Origin: an uncultured Pseudomonadota bacterium | Lineage (GTDB): Bacteria > Pseudomonadota > Alphaproteobacteria > JACZXZ01 | Direction: 5' to 3' | Assembly (NCBI GenBank): GCA_963749075.1 | Contig: CAVVLJ010000016.1 | Location: 224,001 to 288,000 of the forward strand | DNA: 64,000 bases | Shown here: piece after piece, positions 58,071-64,000 of the stretch | How positions within the stretch are numbered: the stretch's first letter is position 1 | Layout of the letters: each line of letters opens with the position of its first letter | Position numbers and translations under genes: made by a program | The notes under the pieces: generated by a model | What the model was told of the DNA's origin: nothing | Databases searched by the model: none | What the model saw: only the letters and a program-made list of their open reading frames with translations

Positions 58071-59758
58071 GACGCACCTGTTGCTTGCGACGGGCTGAGG
58101 GCGCCGCGCGCGTCCGGACGTGCCGGCTCGTGCTGGAGCCAGGCGCCGGTCGCGCCGTCGAAGGTCGCAGTCACCGCCTCGCCCTCGCCGTCGATCAAAC
58201 GCTTTTTGGCGATTTTATCCGATCCCGTACGCGGGAAGGACTTATAGTATTGCACGTAGCGCGGGACCTTGAAGCGGGCGAGATGTTCGCGGCAATGGGC
58301 GAGGATGTCCCCCGGAGTGACGCTCCGCGGGTCAAAGCCGGGCTTCAGGATCACGCAGGCTTTGACTTCTTCGCCGCGCTTCTCGTCCTTGACGCCGTGG
58401 ACAGCCACCTCCTGCATGGCGGCCATGGTCGACAACGCCGTTTCCACCTCGGTCACGGAGATGTTCTCCGCGCTGCGCCGGATCATGTCCTTCAGGCGTC
58501 CGATGATGTAATAGTAGCCGTTCGCATCTCGCCGGAACAGATCACCGGTGCGGAACCATTTCCCGTGGAAGGACGCCGCCGTCGCCTCGGGCTTCTTGTA
58601 ATAGCCCTGCAGGATGCCGTCGCCGGCCACGCAAAGCTCGCCGATTTCGCCTTCCTCCACGGGCTTGCCTTGAGCATCCGCAATCATCAGCTCGCGAAAT
58701 GGTGCCACGATCCCACACGAGCCGGAGCCCGACATGTGCGCGTCGCCGAACGGCATGTAGGTTGCGAAGCCGATCTCGGTCATGCCGTATGATTCTCTGA
58801 CAGGTGCGCCGTACCGGCGCTCGATGTCACGATGCAGGTCCTTGCTGAGACCGAAGATGGCTATCATCTTGAGCTTGTTCTCGCGCTCGATGGGATCGGG
58901 CGGCAGCATCGCGACGGGATTCGTCATCCAGGCCATGTCATATTGGTAGTCGCGGAGGCGCTCGCGAAAGCGTGTCAGGCTGTAGGCCGGCGGGACGCAG
59001 AGGGCCGCACCCTGGAACGCGGCCACGGCGAAGCGCCACATTGGGCCCATGTAATGGAACGGGAGGTCGCATTGAATCCGCGTGAATTGCGGCCAAGCCT
59101 CGGCAAGGACCTTGCCCAGTTGGATCCAATAGCGGTGCGACAGCAGGCATCCTTTCGGCAATCCCGTCGAGCCTGAGGTGTATTGGATATTAACGATATC
59201 GTCCAAGGCGACGGCCACGCCCGGCGCAAACGTGGCGGGTGCCTTGGAGAGCAAGTCCCGCCAGCGCGGGATATTCTCCACCCTTGAGGGTCCCCAAGAG
59301 ACCAGCTGCCCCATGTCCAGGACTTTGCCCGTCTTCTGCATGGCCGCGAACGTCGCCAGGCAGGCTTCGTCAAGCAACAGCAGCTCTGCGTCGCCATCGG
59401 TCAGCCAATAGCGGAGCTCGTCAGGCGTATAGGTCGGATTGATCGGGATCATCCGGGCGCCGAGCTTCGCGATGGCGAGCCACGCGGCCAGGAACTCTGG
59501 GACGTTTGGCAGCATCACGCCGACATGGGTGCCCTTGCCCAAGCCCAACGACGCGAACGCATTGGCGGATTTCGTGACCAGCACGCCGAGTGCGCGATAT
59601 GAAAGCGGGGTCCGATCCTCCTCCACAAAAATCCAGGCAGGCTTGTCGGCGAACCGATCGATCGCCTGATCGAGCAGCGCACCGATGCTTCCGGGTAATG
59701 GATCGGCTTCGATGCGTCTGCGAAATTCCTGCGGGCTCTCGCTATCATTGAACGGCAT
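58067..59758 (-). CDS. Acyl-CoA ligase (CaiC/crotonobetaine-CoA ligase-like)
   Basis: YTSGSTGLPKG, YGMTE, FRTGD, ENIS..EVE, PRTGSDKI; start approximate. Confidence 0.9.
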   Translation of the reverse strand: MPFNDSESPQEFRRRIEADPLPGSIGALLDQAIDRFADKPAWIFVEEDRTPLSYRALGVLVTKSANAFASLGLGKGTHVGVMLPNVPEFLAAWLAIAKLGARMIPINPTYTPDELRYWLTDGDAELLLLDEACLATFAAMQKTGKVLDMGQLVSWGPSRVENIPRWRDLLSKAPATFAPGVAVALDDIVNIQYTSGSTGLPKGCLLSHRYWIQLGKVLAEAWPQFTRIQCDLPFHYMGPMWRFAVAAFQGAALCVPPAYSLTRFRERLRDYQYDMAWMTNPVAMLPPDPIERENKLKMIAIFGLSKDLHRDIERRYGAPVRESYGMTEIGFATYMPFGDAHMSGSGSCGIVAPFRELMIADAQGKPVEEGEIGELCVAGDGILQGYYKKPEATAASFHGKWFRTGDLFRRDANGYYYIIGRLKDMIRRSAENISVTEVETALSTMAAMQEVAVHGVKDEKRGEEVKACVILKPGFDPRSVTPGDILAHCREHLARFKVPRYVQYYKSFPRTGSDKIAKKRLIDGEGEAVTATFDGATGAWLQHEPARPDARGALSPSQATGAS

Positions 59759-59907
59759 CGTGCACACCCATTTCCGGGCCCCTCCGAGGTTTGTTAGTAT
59801 CCCCCATCGCGCCATCGCGTTTGCCGCGTCGTTGGCCACTTGGCGCGAGCAGTAGCCAGCCTAGGCCTCGCCCAACATCCAATCCATGAAAAAAATTTCA
59901 AAATTCC

Positions 59908-59922
59908 ATAACGAACTGTTAT
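59908..59922. promoter_or_regulatory. LysR-type T-N11-A operator
   Basis: ATAAC-GAACT-GTTAT in the AT-rich gap between divergent ligase and LysR genes. Confidence 0.65.
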
Positions 59923-59974
59923 AGCATGGCTCGCCTAGAAACCTCCGGTCGAGGTGCGGGGAAGGGGCTTAAGG

Positions 59975-60871
59975 GTGGACATCAGGCAGTTGCGGGTCTT
60001 GCAGACCGTGCTCCGGACGGGCTCGATCAGCGAAGCGGCGAGGATACTGAACATCTCGCAGCCCGCCGTGAGCAAGACGATCGGCGCCATCGAGAGTGCG
60101 GTCGATCTGCCGCTGTTCGAGCGCATCAACGGGCGGCTGGTGCCCACGATGCAGGCCCATGCGCTGGTTCCGGACATCAAGCGCGTGCTTGACGATTTCG
60201 CGCTGGTTCGGCAGGCCGCGCGGGAACTACGGGATGGCAAGCGCGGCCACCTCAAGATCGCCGCACCACCCACCCTCACCGCCAGCATCATTCCACTGGC
60301 GATCGCATCCTTTAGTAAATCGAACCCCGCCGTCGAATTCACGATCACCGCAACGGCGACGCGCGATGTCGTCGAATTGGTCGCGCGCCATGAGGTCGAT
60401 CTCGGCATCTGCCAACCCTCTTCCGGCGACGTCTATGTCCAGTCCTTCGACGTGTGCCGTGGCGCCGTCATCTGCCTCATGCCCGCCGAACACGAGCTGA
60501 GCCGATTTAAGCGCGTCCGCCCATTGGATCTTGTGGGCCACGAGCTGATCAGCTTTCCCTTGAGCGAGCCGACTGGGGCACGTATTGCGGAAGCATTCAG
60601 AAGCGAGGGCCTGCGCTTTCGCATCTCGATCGAGGTCAATCAAAGTTTCGCGGCATGTGCGCTGGTGAAGGCCGGGATCGGCATTGCACTCGTCGATTCG
60701 TTCCTACCCATGAGGACGGCGTTTCCTGGCGTTGACTTTCGCCCGTTTTCCCCGACCATCCATCTGAATATTCAATTGATGTCGTCGACCCAACGCATGC
60801 TTTCTCCGCTCGTGCGCGCCTTTCGCGACGAACTCGTCACCGCAGCGAAGCGCTGGTCTACTGGCTCCTGA
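59975..60871 (+). CDS. LysR-family transcriptional regulator
   Basis: RQLRVL..GSISEAARILNISQPAVSKTI..E..LFER..GRLVPT. Confidence 0.94.
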   Translation: MDIRQLRVLQTVLRTGSISEAARILNISQPAVSKTIGAIESAVDLPLFERINGRLVPTMQAHALVPDIKRVLDDFALVRQAARELRDGKRGHLKIAAPPTLTASIIPLAIASFSKSNPAVEFTITATATRDVVELVARHEVDLGICQPSSGDVYVQSFDVCRGAVICLMPAEHELSRFKRVRPLDLVGHELISFPLSEPTGARIAEAFRSEGLRFRISIEVNQSFAACALVKAGIGIALVDSFLPMRTAFPGVDFRPFSPTIHLNIQLMSSTQRMLSPLVRAFRDELVTAAKRWSTGS

Positions 60872-61071
60872 CTCGGGCCACTCCGTGGTGCCTTCAGTTA
60901 CGATGCGAGCGAAGGCGCGCACGAAGCACCAAGTCTCCCGATTATGTGGCGGCTCGTTTTCTTGACCGGCTGCTCGGCGCCCGCTTGGTGGTTTGGTTTC
61001 GAGACTTTCACACAAGAACGACACTCCGACACTCAAGATGCTCGCGAATTGGTAGAGCCTGCGCGCGCTAA

Positions 61072-62042
61072 GTGTCCGTCCGGGGACTTTGTGAGTCGGT
61101 GGAATCGGTTAGGCGGAGAAATCGCTTGAAGAGCAGGAATCTCTCGTGATTCCTTGTGTGGCACCGAGTCCTCTTCGAGGTGCCCGATGTGGACGACAGA
61201 AAACCGCCCCCGCTACAACCGCGACCGGCTGCGCTACCCGAGCGACCTGACCGATGCGGAATGGGACCTTGTGGAGCCGATCATTCCGCCTGGCAAACGC
61301 GGTGGCGGCAAGCGGCGGGTCAGCATGCGCGAGGTGGTCAACGGCGTGATGTACATCCTGAGCACCGGCTGCCAGTGGCGCTATCTGCCCAAAGACCTGC
61401 CGCCGCGGAGTACCGTGCATGACTACCTCAGCCTGTGGAACTGGGATGGCACGCTCGATCGCATCCACCACGCGCTCTACGTCAAGTGCCGCGAGAAGGC
61501 CGAACGGGAAGCAAGCCCCACCGCCTGCATCATCGACAGCCAGAGCGTGAAGAGCGCGGAAAAAGGGGGGCTCGCGCCGATCCGCCCGGCTTTGATGCGG
61601 GCAAGATGATCAAGGGCAAGAAGCGGCATGTTCTCGTCGACACGCAGGGCTTGCTCCTTCATGGCATCGTCACCGCCGCCGACGTTCAGGATCGCGATGG
61701 CGGCCTGGCCTTGCTGGCGACACTCTTCGGTCTGTTCCCCTATCTCGAAAAGTTGTTCGCCGACAGCGCCTACGAAGGACCGATCTTCCACACCGCCCTG
61801 GCCCACATCCTGCCTCATCTCAAAACCGAGATCGTCAAACGCTCGGATCGGGTCAAGGGCTTCATCGTGCTGCCAAAGCGCTGGATCGTCGAGCGCACCA
61901 TCGCTTGGCTCAACCGCTGCCGACGATTGGCCAAGGACTGGGAGAACCTCAACCGCACTGCGCTCGCCTTCCTAAAACTCGCTTCCATCCGACTCATGCT
62001 CCGAAAACTATGCAATCCATGATAAAGTCCCCGGACGGACTC
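61072..62042 (+). mobile_element. IS5-family insertion sequence (971 bp) with TAA target duplication
   Basis: IRs GTGTCCGTCCGGGGACTTT / AAAGTCCCCGGACGGACTC; TAA at 61069-71 and 62043-45. Confidence 0.93.
61187..62022 (+). CDS. IS5 transposase expressed via -1 frameshift (orfA 61187-61609, orfB to 62022)
   Basis: RYPSDLTDAEW, TGCQWRYLPKDLPP, IIDSQSVK, then GFDAGK.IKGKKRH, FADSAY, RWIVERT; slippery AAAAAGGGGGG at 61560-61570. Confidence 0.9.
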
Positions 62043-62250
62043 TAAGGAGACCTGGGTCACTCGAGAAAGAAAGCAACTCTCTCAATTGCAGGCTCGGTAA
62101 CCTGGGTGGCACGGATACGCCAGCTATTTGGACGGCCTAAAGTCGGGTCAGCGCCGACGCCTCGGATCGGACGTGAGCCCCACTTGCATGCGATGCCGCT
62201 TTGGGCGCAGATATGGCTGTCCCTTTTCCCAACGAGAGCTACCAACAGCC

Positions 62251-62757
62251 ATGCCCCTCACCATGTATCAAGCGACGGTTCCCGCCTTCCTGCAGACCCT
62301 CAACGCCTGCTCCGCCATTCTCGGCAAGGCCGAGGCCGACGCCGCAACGCGCAAGATCGACCAGGCGACCTTGCTCGACTACCGGCTGGCGCCCGACATG
62401 TTCCCGCTGAGCAAACAGCTCCAGCTCGTCACGGATTTCGCCAAGGGTACGGTGGCACGGCTCGCCGGCGTCGAGGTGCCGAAATACGACGACAGTGAGA
62501 AGACGATCGCCGAGTTCAAGGCGCGGATCGCGAAAACGGCCGCCTTCGTGCAGGGCTTCAAGCCCAGCGCCATCGACGGCTCGGAGACGCGCGCCATATC
62601 CATCCCGATCGGCGGCCAGCCGACGACCTTCACAGGCCAGGACTATCTGGTGACGTTCGCGTTGCCCAATTTCTATTTTCACGCCACGGCGGCCTACGCC
62701 ATCCTGCGGCACTGCGGCGTGAACGTCGGCAAGCGCGACTTTCTCGGCCAGACCTGA
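62251..62757 (+). CDS. DUF1993 protein
   Basis: RLAPDMFPL..Q, LPNFYFHATAAYAILRH.GV.VGKRDF. Confidence 0.9.
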   Translation: MPLTMYQATVPAFLQTLNACSAILGKAEADAATRKIDQATLLDYRLAPDMFPLSKQLQLVTDFAKGTVARLAGVEVPKYDDSEKTIAEFKARIAKTAAFVQGFKPSAIDGSETRAISIPIGGQPTTFTGQDYLVTFALPNFYFHATAAYAILRHCGVNVGKRDFLGQT

Positions 62758-62881
62758 CGAGTGCCGGACGGCACCGCAAGCTTGGCGTCCACAACATCAC
62801 TTTGGAAGTCTGCTCAGGCTTCACACATATTGCGGCCCGCTGCATAGCTCAACCATACAAAGGTTCAGCATGGGCGACTTA

Positions 62882-63727
62882 GGCTCCGGACCCATAAAAG
62901 GGCTTTTCAATCCAGGCGCTTTCTGATTCAAGGTCTCCGAAGGGAGACCACTCATGAAGCGAGATTGTTTTTGGCTGAGCGAGCGACAGTTCGCGCGGCT
63001 TGAGCCACATCTTCCGAGCGATACGCGCGGCAAGCCGAGGGTCGACGATCGGCGCGTCATCAGCGGGATCATTCATGTGCTTAAATCCGGCGGCCGCTGG
63101 GTCGATGCGCCACCGGTCTATGGGCCACGCAAGACCAAGACGCTGTACAATCGCTTCGTGCGCTGGGCGGCCAAAGGCATTTGGGAGACCATCTTCCAAG
63201 CTCTGGCTTCGGCGGGCGGCCCGCCGGCGCAGGTGCTGATCGATAGCTCGGCGGTGAAGGCTCATCGTTGCGCGGCGGGCGGAAAAGGGGGGAATTCACG
63301 CAGGCGATCGGCCGCTCGCGGGGCGGGCGCACCACGAAAATCCACGCGCTCACCGACAACCTCTGCCGCCCGATCGCATTCCTGCTGACCGGCGGCCAGG
63401 TGGCCGACTGCATCGCCGCCGATGCGCTCCTCGACCGGATGCCCGCCGCCATGATCCTGCACGGCGACAAGGGCTATGACAGCGATGCCGTCCGGCGCAA
63501 GATCGAGGCCTTGGGCGCCGCGCCGAACATTCCGCCAAAGGTGAACCGGCGCTAGAAAAACTGCTTCTCGCCCGCCCTCTATCGCGACCGCAATGCGATC
63601 GAGCGCATGTTCGGTCGAATCAAGGACTTCCGCAGGATTGCGACACGATACGATCGCCTTGCCCACAACTTCCTCGCCGCCGTCTGTCTCGTCGCCACCA
63701 TCTGCTAATGGTTATGAGTCTGGACCC
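62882..63727 (+). mobile_element. IS5-family (IS427-like) element, 846 bp, TA duplication
   Basis: IRs GGCTCCGGACCCATAA / TTATGAGTCTGGACCC (13/16); TA at 62880-1 and 63728-9. Confidence 0.88.
62954..63717 (+). pseudogene. IS5 transposase, inactivated by nonsense codons in orfB
   Basis: RVDDRRVISGI, TLYNRFVRW, IDSS; slippery AAAAGGGGGG; GRSRGGRTTKIH, GDKGYD; premature TAG at 63553-5 precedes RNAIERMF..KDFRRIATRYD. Confidence 0.88.
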
Positions 63728-64000
63728 TAGTATGAAATTGGGCTTTCCGGCAAAGTCACCCCCTTTTCCGCCCGTCAACCGATGCGGAGACACCCCCAAA
63801 AGCCGTCGGAAGTTACGATGGATATATCGCCTCACGAGCACTCTCCTCGAGCGGCAGATACGCGCTTGAAACGCCCGACCGTGCGTCAAAAGAAGCTGAG
63901 GTCGTCAACCTATTTTCGCGCCATTGGCCCTGGTGTAATTTTAACCTGCGAGATCGACCTTGATCTGTCAGACCACAATCGCAATTGTACTTGCAACTGA

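Noticed and set aside
61072-63727. Composite transposon carrying DUF1993
   Set aside because: The two IS5 elements have different IRs and separate target duplications.
63730-64000. Right-edge ORFs 63782..64000 and 63620..63889
   Set aside because: No recognisable homology; probably intergenic or degenerate sequence.

Overview
High-GC alphaproteobacterial (Rhodospirillales-like, inferred) chromosomal segment. The left edge carries the 5' 353 codons of a type II-C cas9 on the minus strand, missed by the ORF track because it runs off the window, plus a divergently transcribed tracrRNA with its own promoter, stems, a probable pseudoknot and a terminator. The core region holds a ThDP decarboxylase, sugar and branched-chain ABC transporters, dgoK, a SAM-cyclase-AAA-TPR protein, an AAA+/DUF4143 ATPase-nuclease, an Anbu/alpha-E/circularly-permuted ATP-grasp cluster lacking its transglutaminase, CIRCE-controlled groESL, MFS and ClC transporters, cysG-DUF2849-cysI-DUF934, a tandem SAM-II riboswitch + uORF + rhodanese-metZ operon and a beta-oxidation cluster. 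It is peppered with REP/REPIN-like palindromes and has two orphan antitoxins. From ~49.4 kb on there is an IS-rich accessory island (IS630, two IS5 elements, pseudogenes) with a LysR-controlled CoA-ligase/crotonase/peptide-ABC catabolic operon. No CRISPR array, cas1/cas2, rRNA or tRNA was recognised in the window. All calls are from reading the sequence; no database searches were run.
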